From Trypanosoma brucei (lineage: Eukaryota), in the NCBI GenBank assembly GCA_000002445.1, contig CM000208.1, positions 1,984,001 to 2,048,000 of the forward strand: 64,000 nt of DNA, given 5' to 3'. The notes beneath the pieces are model-generated. The model did no database searches. It saw nothing but the letters and a program-made list of their open reading frames with translations, and was not told the DNA's origin. Shown one piece after another: positions 22,710 through 33,435 of the stretch (position 1 is its first letter; each line of letters starts with the position of its first letter). Made by a program: the position numbers and the translations under genes.

Positions 22710-25700
22710 CTAGAAAGTAAACCTGGAACTGGCACGATTCAGGGCAAGGTTGCACTGTTCGAGCAATCCCTCCGCAGCGCTCAATGCCCGGATACTGCGT
22801 TCATCACCGGGTTGGATGGCGACCTTGCTGATGCCCTCGCGCACCGTGTTTAGAGCGTTACCTAGAAAGTACATCTGAACGGAGCTGATGTGCGAAGCGA
22901 ACACCGCACGATGAAGAGCGGCAGCTAGCGAATGCACTAAGAACGCATCAGTAACTGCAGATTGGTCAAATGTTTCACAAGGAGCGGTAAGAAAGTCCCT
23001 TTTATCAAAAATCGCGGCGATCGTCGAGAATATTACGTTGTGCTCCACACCACAGTCGTAGAGAACGTCCACGGTCAGTGTGGACCCTTCAGGTGACCGC
23101 TGGAAGGCATATGCTTCCAATATCTTGACCACATGACACAGGGGAGAGGCGATCGTACGCATGCACTTTCCAATAACCCGCCTTGCTATCTCTTCCACAG
23201 TCGCATCTTTCCGCTGGAAACAGCGGTCGATGCACGCGGCGTGAAGCGATGAATCGGTCACGTTGGCCGCGTTCAGGACATCAAGTTGGACCTCCGCTCC
23301 GCCGTATGCGCAGAACATACCCGCAACTTGCAGCAGCTGAACAGTAGAGAGAACATGGTTCTCCACCATCTCCATCTGTTCCAATGCAATTTGCCGTTCC
23401 GTCATGAGACCCCGGCCATCCACTGCAACTCGCCTATCGAGATGAGAATGTCCGCTGTTGATAAATTCACAAATGATTTTAGACAGGTGAAGCTGTGCCT
23501 CCATTAACCCTATGCGCTGCTCAAGACTTTTGAGTTGATCTGATTTTGACTCTTCAGCGCTCCCCTTCGCCTCAGCCAGGCAGCGAAGCCTGTAGGAAAT
23601 TCGTTCTTCTCTTGGAATTCCTGTTAGCGGTGCGTGAACGACAGAAGCACAAACTTCGATGGCAAGGGCATGATTTTTTTTAGTCTTTCGCAAGTATCGA
23701 ACATATTGCTCCCCCAGAGTCGATATGTTGCGTTGAAGATACGCCTCGATAAATGGGGAATGCGCGGCCACTAACGTCTCTCTAAGCATTGCCTTGATGT
23801 GTGCATCGTCACGAGGCAAACACAACCAGTCGAATAGGTAACAATGAGCCAATTCGTCCGTAGGCTCGATCTGCCAGATAGCGCCGGAGGACAAAGGACC
23901 CCCAAGAAGGCCATCGACAGTACTACGGTGTGTGTTCCAAGCGTTCTCCAGAGTGCTGACAACCTCACCCAGCACCTTTAACTTCTGTTGGTAGGTGGAA
24001 CCGACAGCTGAGCTCACTGCCTGATTCAGATTGCCGCTTCTCTCCGCCAGGTAGGTCTTGAAAGCGGAGTTATTCGGATCCAATTGACACGCAGCGTGGA
24101 GTAGGAGTTTGACAGCAGTGCCCTCCTTTTTAAGCGCCCTCAGTTGCTGACATATATCAAGCAACGCCCCGGAGTACCACAATGAAGCGGCCATGACAGA
24201 GACAGATGATTCCCACTCTGCCATTTTACCCTCTGGAAACGCGTGGAAGTTTTCTCCATTGGCGGACAGTAACCTCTCAAGTTCGACCCGCACATTGTAT
24301 TCTTGCACATCGATGGAGTTGAAAAAGTACGGGCACTCCAGCTGCAGTTGCATCACTGAACCAACGCCGTCCTGCGGCAAATAACCTGCGCCCTTTTCGG
24401 AGGAAAGCACCACTTTTCCAACGTGCCGCGCCATGCGGTGTGCCACTGATTGGTCGCTCACAATTTGTGCTACTGTTACCTTACCATCTTCCGCCATTGG
24501 CGGGACGGCAGCCGTCTGTTTCAGAAATTTGATTGTCTGTAAGACTCGCTCACATAAAGTGTGAGAGGAGCACAGAAGCGCAGACTGCAACATCTTGATG
24601 TCGTATGATGATATCGACGACCGATGGGGTGGAAGCACCAGCGTTACCTTTCCTTTGTCCCACTGGAACGGTACAGCCGGCTGGACAAATTTGTCGGACC
24701 ACACGTCTCTCTTCAGGCTGTTCAACAATCGAACTACAGAGGAGAGTGCCGTTTCCACAACCGCCAATTCACGCATTGTAACACCTTCCAACGCCGTATT
24801 CCACACGGCGTAGAGAGCCCTTGAAATATATGCCAAAACGCCCGAGGCGAAAGGCGATACTTGAACGACAATGTGGCGGGTACCGTCGTCGGGGCCTGGT
24901 CCTTCATACCAACTCGGCGCCATTGCACTACGGAGTATCTCACGTGCAATTCTCTGAACCTCTTGAGAGGGCGTTTCGTTCAGCTGGCGGCCTAATTGCT
25001 CTACCGACAGAGGAATCTGTGACTTGCCGTTACCCTTCCCTGCCGGAGAAAAGGATGCGTTTGCATCACCTCTCTCGACGTATGGACCATCTACTGTGAC
25101 CGGCACATTCGTGCAACCAACAGCAATTTGTACAAGCATACAGCAATAGTCCGACGCGCTATAAATAGAAGAAAGCCGTTGAAGGAGACTGTCACGCACT
25201 TGTTCGCTTGACGACGCGATTATCATGTGGAGTGTATCCACGGGTCGGAGTTTTATGAAAGTTGAAACTCCATGGCGATGAAGAAAAACAAACTGCCTTG
25301 GGGAACATGAAACCTGAGAGCACAACTCGTTGGGACTCACACCGCCTTCTACGGGAACCTCAGAAATAGCGTCAACTCGTGTCATGCATGTTGCTTCTGG
25401 CTCAAACTGGGCGACGATGTCACGACAGTTGTGATGCGGCTGCAATATCCCCTTGTGTGAAGAAGCCACAGTCACAGAATCGGGCGAATAACCTCCTTCC
25501 GACTTTTCTGCGTGGCATACAACTGAGATTCCTTCGGAAGCAAAGCAAACGGTAACCTCACGGCCTTGGGGAATGTACGACCCCAAGCTCTCGCGCAGGG
25601 AAAGACTAGCGTCGGCACCACCCCACAAACCGTCTTGGCAGACATAGCGGTACTGTTCCCCATTAGCTGCAACGGCAATAAGCGAACAGCTGTCATCGGA

Positions 25701-26771
25701 TGACGTAGCGCAAAATATCCTGGCAAGTTCAACACCCGCTCCTCCCGACCACACTGATGTCCGATTGGTTCCCCCCAAAGCCCCCCCTCTGACTGTGGCC
25801 AGCTGACTTAGGCCATCGTTCGTTATCCTCCACAATGAAATTGTGCTCTCAGAATTCAGGGTAAACAGGAGCTTACGCTTCGCCTCTATGGCGACGTCGC
25901 GCAGTGCAGGTCTCTCTTTCGCCCATGTCTGTTTAATCGCACTGATCAATGAGCTTACGGCTCCCAGAACCGGAACACTACCAAACATTAGTGAACAATT
26001 AACGAGCCTAAGTTTCGGAAGGAAAGCTGTGTCCTCCTTTGCGTACTTAACCTCGTAGAGACACCCATCTGCGCCTGCAGCAAAGATCCTACCCAGCTCT
26101 TTGACACCAACAAGCTTTGTAAAGAGCGCCGGTGCCATCACAGAGAATCCAAGGCTCACCACGTAGAGTTCCGCCTTCTTCAAAGGACCACCTCCAAAAA
26201 CACATAACCCCAGTAGATGAACTGCTTTTGGGGTTGACACTGGGAGAACATAGGTGATGTGAGCTTGAAAAACGCCGGCAATGGGTAAGACGGGGGTTCC
26301 AACGGCTACGATAAGCTCAGGCACTTCATCGAAGAGAAAGAAGTCCCTCCCCGTCCCAAAATTCCACAAAAGCAGCTTGTTGTCAATCGTTATCCATGCC
26401 CTTGAAAGTTCTGGGAATAGACCAACAGTGGAATTCGCCCTGAATGTTTTCCACACGGCCTTGACAGCTTCCGGCCAAGTTACCCCCGTTAGTGGAAGAA
26501 ATGCCGGAAGCGTGGAAGACGTGTCAAATGTGGTGAGAGCAAATGGGTGGGAAGAGACGTGACCGCATGGCGAAATAGTGTTGTCTTTGCTAATCGCAGC
26601 GGAACGGATCTCCGCACTGATAATTTCCTCAACTGCTCTCTTTGTGGCGTCCTCTATCCTACTCGGGTTATCATCTCGTACTTCCATCCTTTCTTTGCGC
26701 TTACCAACAAAAACCTTAACAAATATCCCGGCTAAGAAGACAGCATTAACGAGAAGAGGGGGAAGGTCCAC
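22710..26771 (-). CDS. Nucleoporin of the Nup155/Nup170 family (beta-propeller + alpha-solenoid)
   Basis: FPELSRAWITIDNKLLLWNF...LIVAVG...AGVFQAHITYVLPVSTP and AGADGCLYEVKYAKE align with human NUP155 ([20 protein letters not shown]...ILAVG...AGIFQPHVRHLLVLATP; AGKDGCLYEVAYQAE). Size about 1350 aa. Confidence 0.7.
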   Translation of the reverse strand: MDLPPLLVNAVFLAGIFVKVFVGKRKERMEVRDDNPSRIEDATKRAVEEIISAEIRSAAISKDNTISPCGHVSSHPFALTTFDTSSTLPAFLPLTGVTWPEAVKAVWKTFRANSTVGLFPELSRAWITIDNKLLLWNFGTGRDFFLFDEVPELIVAVGTPVLPIAGVFQAHITYVLPVSTPKAVHLLGLCVFGGGPLKKAELYVVSLGFSVMAPALFTKLVGVKELGRIFAAGADGCLYEVKYAKEDTAFLPKLRLVNCSLMFGSVPVLGAVSSLISAIKQTWAKERPALRDVAIEAKRKLLFTLNSESTISLWRITNDGLSQLATVRGGALGGTNRTSVWSGGAGVELARIFCATSSDDSCSLIAVAANGEQYRYVCQDGLWGGADASLSLRESLGSYIPQGREVTVCFASEGISVVCHAEKSEGGYSPDSVTVASSHKGILQPHHNCRDIVAQFEPEATCMTRVDAISEVPVEGGVSPNELCSQVSCSPRQFVFLHRHGVSTFIKLRPVDTLHMIIASSSEQVRDSLLQRLSSIYSASDYCCMLVQIAVGCTNVPVTVDGPYVERGDANASFSPAGKGNGKSQIPLSVEQLGRQLNETPSQEVQRIAREILRSAMAPSWYEGPGPDDGTRHIVVQVSPFASGVLAYISRALYAVWNTALEGVTMRELAVVETALSSVVRLLNSLKRDVWSDKFVQPAVPFQWDKGKVTLVLPPHRSSISSYDIKMLQSALLCSSHTLCERVLQTIKFLKQTAAVPPMAEDGKVTVAQIVSDQSVAHRMARHVGKVVLSSEKGAGYLPQDGVGSVMQLQLECPYFFNSIDVQEYNVRVELERLLSANGENFHAFPEGKMAEWESSVSVMAASLWYSGALLDICQQLRALKKEGTAVKLLLHAACQLDPNNSAFKTYLAERSGNLNQAVSSAVGSTYQQKLKVLGEVVSTLENAWNTHRSTVDGLLGGPLSSGAIWQIEPTDELAHCYLFDWLCLPRDDAHIKAMLRETLVAAHSPFIEAYLQRNISTLGEQYVRYLRKTKKNHALAIEVCASVVHAPLTGIPREERISYRLRCLAEAKGSAEESKSDQLKSLEQRIGLMEAQLHLSKIICEFINSGHSHLDRRVAVDGRGLMTERQIALEQMEMVENHVLSTVQLLQVAGMFCAYGGAEVQLDVLNAANVTDSSLHAACIDRCFQRKDATVEEIARRVIGKCMRTIASPLCHVVKILEAYAFQRSPEGSTLTVDVLYDCGVEHNVIFSTIAAIFDKRDFLTAPCETFDQSAVTDAFLVHSLAAALHRAVFASHISSVQMYFLGNALNTVREGISKVAIQPGDERSIRALSAAEGLLEQCNLALNRASSRFTF

Positions 26772-26888
26772 AAAGACTACTCACAGGCGGAGATCCACCC
26801 ACATGCACACAAAAAAGGAGAAGAGCACTCATGCCGGTCAAAATCTGTAACTTTCGTGTTCCATGTTCTTCCAGCAAATATTAGGGTT

Positions 26889-29800
26889 CTAAAGCAGCCG
26901 CTCCAAGGAGACGTCAGTATCCGAGTCGGGTTCGGGTTCGTTTAGAAATTTCTTGTAGTCAACAGACGATGACAGAAACGAAGGATCACCCGCCAGCCTC
27001 TCAGACTTTGCAGTCAGTGAATTCTTGGGATTGCACATGTCCTCTCGCTGTGGCGTCCCGGTGGAAGATCCACCGGTCCCGGCAGCGGTCGGGGGCCGCC
27101 GACGAGAAAAACGCATGGCCGAGGAAGTTCTTGCAGCAGGCCCAAGCACCATTGAAGTCGAACCCCTTGATGCAACCCGACCCTCGAGGGCCGCGCCCCG
27201 ATGGTTGAAAGCCACAACATCACCGGTGGCAGTTGGTCGCCAGCGACGTGACAACCGCGTCGATGAGGATCCTCTGGCACTCAAAATCGAACGCCTGGAA
27301 GTCGCCACCGGCGAACATGACTGACAACTGGTGCCGTCTGTTGAAGGTGGGGCGTGAGCAAACAGAGCATCGGAGGCAATACCACTTGCCGATGATCTGT
27401 GCAATATTGGTGCTGTCGAAGACGCTCGTTCAACTGATGTTGAAGCCCTAGAGCTCATTGGCATCGGCCCCACAAAGGCACCACTGGCACTTTTACCCTG
27501 CTGGAGGGGGACGGGTGCCTTAGCGGCGGCAGCGGCATCAGTTGGCGAACATCTATATAGCACACGCGCAGGTGGAGAACTTCTGCCAACAGGAACCGAG
27601 GCCCTGGTAGTGGGAACCTGTGGTGCCGTGCGAGGTCCTGCAGCTGACGATAGTCGATTGGGAAGAGGTGATTGACCCGCCATCACTGATGAGTACCGGC
27701 TCGGCACGCGAAGTGGCGGAGGCGGCCTTCCGCCTGGTGTTGGGGCCCTGGACGCCAGCTGCTGGGGCGCTACCGATTCAGAGGTGTGTACTGTTGACAC
27801 GTTGGCCGCGTTCAAGTGCTCAACGGTGGTGGCGCCTTGGCCACTCGGCTCCACGTTTGGTGCCACTGTCTCGTTTTCCGTGGTGGTTGGGGCACCAGGA
27901 ACATGATCCTGCAACACGGGTGATTCTCCACCGTTCACTTCTGACGGGTGTACTGTAGAAGCAAGACCACCACTGGCGGTTGTTGGGGACTTGTATCGCA
28001 CACGCGCAGGTGGAGAACTTCTGCCAACAGGAACCGAGGCCCTGGTAGTGGGAACCTGTGGTGCCGTGCGAGGTCCTGCAGCTGACGATAGTCGATTGGG
28101 AAGAGGTGATTGACCCGCCATCACTGATGAGTACCGGCTCGGCACGCGAAGTGGCGGAGGCGGCCTTCCGCCTGGTGTTGGGGCCCTGGACGCCAGCTGC
28201 TGGGGCGCTACCGATTCAGAGGTGTGTACTGTTGACACGTTGGCCGCGTTCAAGTGCTCAACGGTGGTGGCGCCTTGGCCACTCGGCTCCACGTTTGGTG
28301 CCACTGTCCCGTTTTCCGTGGTGGTTGGGGCACCAGGAACATGATCCTGCAGCACCGGTGATTCTCCAGCGTTCACTTCTAGTCTGACAACAGGTGCATG
28401 GTCCGCAGTCGTTAAGGGGCGCTGACGTAGTTCACGTACGGCCGGGGATCTCCTCCCACCTGAGGTTGAGGCCCTAGACACTAGAACCCTTGGCGTTAAG
28501 CGGTTGTCCACGTGTGGAGTCGACGAACTTGGAGCGGGAGGATCGGCAACACTCGGGTTACCTTCCACAAGTTCTTCGACAATGGGCACCAGACTCCTAC
28601 CATTGTCTGATGCAGCAGAGACTAAAAGTTGCGAGCTTGAAAGACTGTTTGCAGCACCTGGAGGCGGCCTACTAAGCATCGTAACACCGGTAGCGGCATC
28701 GGTCAATGATAATGTGCACGAATCCTGGAGAACTGACGAATCTTTTTCTAAGGAGTTAGAAACCACTGAGACCTGCGTCTGACTGGTCACGCGTGTTCGA
28801 GTGTTCGCCTTCATCCGGCTGGAGGTAGGCTGTTGGGTAGCGAAGACTGATGATTGCCGACGTAACACCCGCACCGCCGGGGGCCCTCTATCACGTGGGG
28901 TTGAAACCGCGGGGGCCTCGGTGTGCGCTACCTCGCGATTGTCCGCGCTTGCAGCCCCGATGTCGGGTCCGAAAGCATTTTCGTCAATAGGGACAGCTTG
29001 AGGGGAGCCTGAAAACAGCCTAGGAGTCACGGCATTCGTTGAAAACAGGGTTTCCTGTGAAACTTCACTTCTGTCTTTATCGTCTGTTTCGTCCGTTGCC
29101 TCTCTCTCCGAAGCAATATCTGCGTACGTATTGGCAAAGCTTTGTTGTATCAGAGACGTATTCGGTGTTTGACCATCCTGAAGCGTAAGTGTGAGCGCGC
29201 TCTGAGTAACTTCCGGAAGTTGCTTATCCTCCCCGGCGGCGCTTGCCGCCGTCTCATAATGAAAAGAGTTCATGTACGGCATGAGACTTCCGTTGGCATG
29301 GATTGACGAACCCCCATGCCCCCTTTCTGGGTAAAAGGAATCGTTTGGGCCATTGTCGCCGACAAAGTAGCCGCGCTCGGTGTTCACGCTTGCGTCCACT
29401 AACAATTTAGCGTTTTCTGGTGCTTCGCTACTTATGAAGATAAGTGGCACATCACAGCCACGTCGCAAGTATATTAACTTGTGCACGCATCTGAGGGTCC
29501 TCGTGTCGCCAAAAAAAACGTCAGTTATGGACCCGTGATTACCCCGAATACGGAGTACGTTCTGGTGGAGCTCCACTTGAAGGTCACAAAGCGGGAACTC
29601 GGCCAAGCGGGTGCGTGACATGAAGGTGAGGAAAACCAACGAGGCTCTTTCGAACATGAGGGCACCCTGGACACAACCACTGCTCTCTTCATGCGTCGAC
29701 GTCGTAACGTTGGTGGTTAACCGAATGTTCTCGGTAAATAAGATACTATGGGCACAGCGGAGCTCAGCTGCAGACAGGCTGTCTGTGCGGCTCATCTCAA

Positions 29801-30518
29801 CGTCGTCCACCTTGTGCTGCTGCTGCTGCTGCTGCTGAGACTTCAGTTCCTTCTTTGCCTCATAAAGCAACTCTTCAAGATGTTTCACGCGCTCTGTCAT
29901 GCGTTCATACTCCATGGTACTAAAGCACTGTGAATTTTCCACGCTAGTTTGGTTGGGTGGCACTCTGATTATTACTGACTCCCTGCGTTCCTCCAAGGCA
30001 TGATCAATGGTTTTGAAGGTGCCCCGCTGGGCCGGTGACTTCCTGCGAGCTTTCTTACATGCCTCAATGATTTGGAGATACTCCTCTTGTGAGCGAACCC
30101 CAACCTCCAGTTTCCAGCCATAACTTACGGCCAGTGCTGCATGGTAACCCATAGCCCGCGCCGTGTCATATTCCTGAGTTGTAACGGGCACGCCATCGAT
30201 GGTAGTGACCGAAAATCCAACTGCGAGGAGCACCATTACGCGGTGAAGTGGGTGGGCTGCGATGGGATTCCCCTCCAGGTCAATAACAAGCAGCGACGGC
30301 TGCCTGGTTAGACCCATGAAACTCTCAATCATGTTGTTTTCAAGCCGTAGCTCGAGCAATTTGGGGTGCGTGCCGAAGTGCTCAAAGTTTTGGAGGCAGT
30401 TGTCACGGAGGTCAATCGAAACGTAGTCATACCCTTGGTCTTTGATACCCCAGAAGGTGGTTATTTTCTCACCACGGGCATCCAGACGCGACCCGCTCAT
30501 TGCAGCTATATCACACAA
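26889..30518 (-). CDS. Leucine-rich-repeat protein with long P/S/T-rich repetitive C-terminal region (contains 2 x 146-aa repeat and a polyQ tract)
   Basis: N-terminal SDS22-like LRRs (LELRLENNMIESFMGL...LLVIDLEGNPI). Coiled segment with Q7. Two near-identical 146-aa blocks. Confidence 0.5.
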   Translation of the reverse strand: MCDIAAMSGSRLDARGEKITTFWGIKDQGYDYVSIDLRDNCLQNFEHFGTHPKLLELRLENNMIESFMGLTRQPSLLVIDLEGNPIAAHPLHRVMVLLAVGFSVTTIDGVPVTTQEYDTARAMGYHAALAVSYGWKLEVGVRSQEEYLQIIEACKKARRKSPAQRGTFKTIDHALEERRESVIIRVPPNQTSVENSQCFSTMEYERMTERVKHLEELLYEAKKELKSQQQQQQQHKVDDVEMSRTDSLSAAELRCAHSILFTENIRLTTNVTTSTHEESSGCVQGALMFERASLVFLTFMSRTRLAEFPLCDLQVELHQNVLRIRGNHGSITDVFFGDTRTLRCVHKLIYLRRGCDVPLIFISSEAPENAKLLVDASVNTERGYFVGDNGPNDSFYPERGHGGSSIHANGSLMPYMNSFHYETAASAAGEDKQLPEVTQSALTLTLQDGQTPNTSLIQQSFANTYADIASEREATDETDDKDRSEVSQETLFSTNAVTPRLFSGSPQAVPIDENAFGPDIGAASADNREVAHTEAPAVSTPRDRGPPAVRVLRRQSSVFATQQPTSSRMKANTRTRVTSQTQVSVVSNSLEKDSSVLQDSCTLSLTDAATGVTMLSRPPPGAANSLSSSQLLVSAASDNGRSLVPIVEELVEGNPSVADPPAPSSSTPHVDNRLTPRVLVSRASTSGGRRSPAVRELRQRPLTTADHAPVVRLEVNAGESPVLQDHVPGAPTTTENGTVAPNVEPSGQGATTVEHLNAANVSTVHTSESVAPQQLASRAPTPGGRPPPPLRVPSRYSSVMAGQSPLPNRLSSAAGPRTAPQVPTTRASVPVGRSSPPARVRYKSPTTASGGLASTVHPSEVNGGESPVLQDHVPGAPTTTENETVAPNVEPSGQGATTVEHLNAANVSTVHTSESVAPQQLASRAPTPGGRPPPPLRVPSRYSSVMAGQSPLPNRLSSAAGPRTAPQVPTTRASVPVGRSSPPARVLYRCSPTDAAAAAKAPVPLQQGKSASGAFVGPMPMSSRASTSVERASSTAPILHRSSASGIASDALFAHAPPSTDGTSCQSCSPVATSRRSILSARGSSSTRLSRRWRPTATGDVVAFNHRGAALEGRVASRGSTSMVLGPAARTSSAMRFSRRRPPTAAGTGGSSTGTPQREDMCNPKNSLTAKSERLAGDPSFLSSSVDYKKFLNEPEPDSDTDVSLERLL
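27561..28382. repeat. In-frame tandem repeat, period 438 bp, about 1.9 copies, inside the LRR-protein CDS
   Basis: Identical plus-strand spurious ORFs at 27620 and 28058 (offset 438). The DNA blocks starting cacacgcgcaggtggagaacttctgcc at 27561 and 27999 are nearly identical until about 28382. Confidence 0.85.
29816..29836. repeat. (CTG)7 repeat encoding Q7 on the minus strand
   Basis: Direct reading: gctgctgctgctgctgctgctg. The protein shows KSQQQQQQQHK. Confidence 0.85.
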
Positions 30519-31483
30519 TCAAGCAAAAGAATGGAGAGCAGAAGCAAACAAAGGGTCTATTGTTTACCGGCACATATAACCGCGTCGGCGACGCAATGAA
30601 CCGATCGGCCTATCCCGTGCAAAATAAAGAGAAGGTAGCGTGTATGCGTGTGAGGGTAGCAAGCTGGTAATTAGCTATCAACAACTCTCCTACCGCAAAC
30701 CGTAACAGTGCTTGTTCTTGTCATGAGGCTGGTAACGCGACACACTAAATGACGATACCAGTCACCTTTTGCAGGTCACAGTCTCCCGTACAACCTCCTG
30801 CCGCCTCCGCTTCATCCCATCGAACACAGGGCGGTAGTACAGTTGCTGCGTTACTTCGTGACAATTTGGCCTTCCCTCATCGTGCCGCCGCAAGGTACGT
30901 CTCCGTCACACACTAACCGAAGACAAGCGTCGTCACAAAGAGGACGTGGGTGTGGTGACACCGCCTCCACTACATGCGTATGGACTTCCGGTACACCTAC
31001 AACGGCTACTGCTTCCAAAACTCAGCTAATTCACCTCGGAGGCAGGGCTATCAGTAAAAGATTCGCATTTAGGTCATTCTACCCTGGTTCAATTTTACAA
31101 AAATGTTAGAATCTGGAATGGACCAGAGCGTAGCATCATAAAGGGTGCAGCAAGGGGGGGGAAGGCGCTGAAAAACACATCTGCACGATCGTAAGTGGGT
31201 ACGGCTAATATGGCGACCTCTCACCCTTCACGCAGAGCTGAGAACAAACATATATCCTCCTTATGTAGTTTTTAATATCCTCCTCTTCCTTCCTCTTCTC
31301 TTAAGTGGTTTAGCGCTCTCTTCACAAGATCAAAATAAAACAAAAACAAAATAAAAAAAAGTATCCCGTAGAGGCACGAGTTCAGAATATGCCTACCAAG
31401 ATCTATCCACTACGAGGCAACAGCGCTTGACGCGTAAGGACGACCTCCTCCCACTACACCGTATCTGTGCCGCACGCCACCTC

Positions 31484-33097
31484 TTAATCATCATCTCTTG
31501 CCTGATCCGGACGATTTTTCGGACCGCCAGCTTGCTTGGCAACGATAATTTGGTTCACTTGAAGCACCGTCACAACAGCTTCCGTTGCCAGATTAATTGC
31601 CCAGTATTTTGTTAGATACGGCTCAACAATACCAGCCTCCAAGGAGTCGATTGTTGTGCCATCCTCTACACCAACCCCATTGTGCACCTTGCCGGCGTTG
31701 TGGTCAATCTCGAGCTGAGTTACAACATCTGTTCCATTAAAACCACTAACTTCTGCTAGTGTACGGGCCACTACCTCGAAACTGGAAGCAAATTTGTGAA
31801 TAGCGTACTGGTCAAGACCAGGGCTTGTCTCGGCGAACAACTTCAGCTTTCTTTGGAGTTCCATCTCGACGGCCCCCGCACCGGCTACGAGGCGCTTGTC
31901 CTTGGTAAGGGCCTTGAAAACGTTGACGCCGTCGTCAATGGCCCGTTCAACATCGTCAAGAACGTTTTTCGTTGCTCCACGGACGACAATAGTGGACAAC
32001 TTGGAATCGTCTTTGTCTTGGACAAACGATATGATGTTCTTGCCACCGGCATCCGTCACGTCCACGTTATCACACGATCCAATATCCTCCACTGTTGGGG
32101 TGTCCAGGCGAGAAAGAGTCCGCGCTCCCACTGCCGCACAGAGCCGACGGAGCTCGAATTTGGACGGGACCTTCACAGCCATTATGCCGTACCGATTGAG
32201 GTAGTGAAGGGCGAGGTCACCAAATGTTGAGTTTGAAACGATGACGTTGACACCTGTCTTGTGAATGTTGGTGATGATCTCTTCCATCGCCTCCTCCTCT
32301 TTTCTCGAGAACTGGAGAAGCTCGTCTGCTGTTTCGATCAATGCTGTCCCTTTCGTTTCGGTTGATGGCACATCTACTGCACAAGCGTATACGGCAATTT
32401 TCGCCTTCTTCTGGTGACGTACAACACCCTCAGGGTTTCGTGCAATCACAAATCCACGCACGTTCCGGGATCCCAACACACAGTCGCCGTCTAGCTTCGC
32501 CACGCGCACGTTGTCAACATTGAAGGACCGAGTGTTTGTGGGGCACGCATTGATGCAGGCTTCAACCACCAGGTTCGCCAAGAATGAGTCGTGTCCGTAC
32601 TGCTTTGAGGCGATGGCCGTGCGAATTGGTGCCATCACCTGCTCCTTGAGGAGTACATCGTCCACCGTTCCCACCGTCAGGGTTTCAAGGATCTCCAGAC
32701 TCTTGTTTCCAGCCTTCTTGTACCCCTCCACAATTTCACTTGGATGGAGGCCCATGCGTACAAGCGACTCCGCCTGGGAAAGGAGCTCGCCAGCCAAAGA
32801 GACAACAAAGTTTGTCCCATCACCAACTTCCTCCTGCATGGCGTTAGAAGCCTGAACCAACAACTTCGCAGCGGGATGCTCAACTTCAAGCTCACGGAGG
32901 ATGGTAGCAGCGTCGTGGGTTACAAATAGTTTGTTGAGGTGATTAATAACCATCTTGCACAGCCCGTAGGGTCCCATAGAACTGCGAGTTATCTTGGCAA
33001 GTTCACGGCAGGCGTCGATGTTCTTAATGACGGGGTCATCGACAAAGGTTGACCCATCCTTAAGCATGGACGCAGGACCAGTTTGCATGAACGACAT
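31484..33097 (-). CDS. CCT8: T-complex protein 1 (CCT/TRiC chaperonin) subunit theta
   Basis: Alignable along its length with human CCT8. KMVINHLNKLFVTHDAATILRELEVEHPAAKLLV and EVGDGTNFVV both match, and the C-terminal GGPK... tail matches. Confidence 0.85.
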   Translation of the reverse strand: MSFMQTGPASMLKDGSTFVDDPVIKNIDACRELAKITRSSMGPYGLCKMVINHLNKLFVTHDAATILRELEVEHPAAKLLVQASNAMQEEVGDGTNFVVSLAGELLSQAESLVRMGLHPSEIVEGYKKAGNKSLEILETLTVGTVDDVLLKEQVMAPIRTAIASKQYGHDSFLANLVVEACINACPTNTRSFNVDNVRVAKLDGDCVLGSRNVRGFVIARNPEGVVRHQKKAKIAVYACAVDVPSTETKGTALIETADELLQFSRKEEEAMEEIITNIHKTGVNVIVSNSTFGDLALHYLNRYGIMAVKVPSKFELRRLCAAVGARTLSRLDTPTVEDIGSCDNVDVTDAGGKNIISFVQDKDDSKLSTIVVRGATKNVLDDVERAIDDGVNVFKALTKDKRLVAGAGAVEMELQRKLKLFAETSPGLDQYAIHKFASSFEVVARTLAEVSGFNGTDVVTQLEIDHNAGKVHNGVGVEDGTTIDSLEAGIVEPYLTKYWAINLATEAVVTVLQVNQIIVAKQAGGPKNRPDQARDDD

Positions 33098-33435
33098 CTT
33101 TAACGGAGCGGTTAAATGCGGCTGATTCCTCTGGAGAAGGCTGTGTGGATTATTAAACCAATGATTAAAACTTCAAAAGAAAAAAGACATAAAAAGGCAA
33201 ACAAAGAGATATGAAGTTAGTTGGTGAGGAAAGGAGGGGTCGAAACCCCCATCCATGGCAGAATAGTTTAAAGGGGGAAACAGTCAGTGTCGGTTCCGGC
33301 TTCACACACCGTTCCTACGTTTCGTTAATTGGTACTTTAAATTTACCCAAGCGTACCCCCTTCTTATTATCCTCACTAGTGTTCGTCGCTGCATTGGGTG
33401 TGAATGTATGGACACGCGGTTCCAGTCAATCCACC

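Noticed and set aside
27620-28387. Two identical 109-112-aa plus-strand ORFs (MVPCEVLQLTIVDWEE...)
   Set aside because: They are antisense read-outs of the 438-bp coding repeat inside the minus-strand LRR gene. Their duplication simply reports the repeat.
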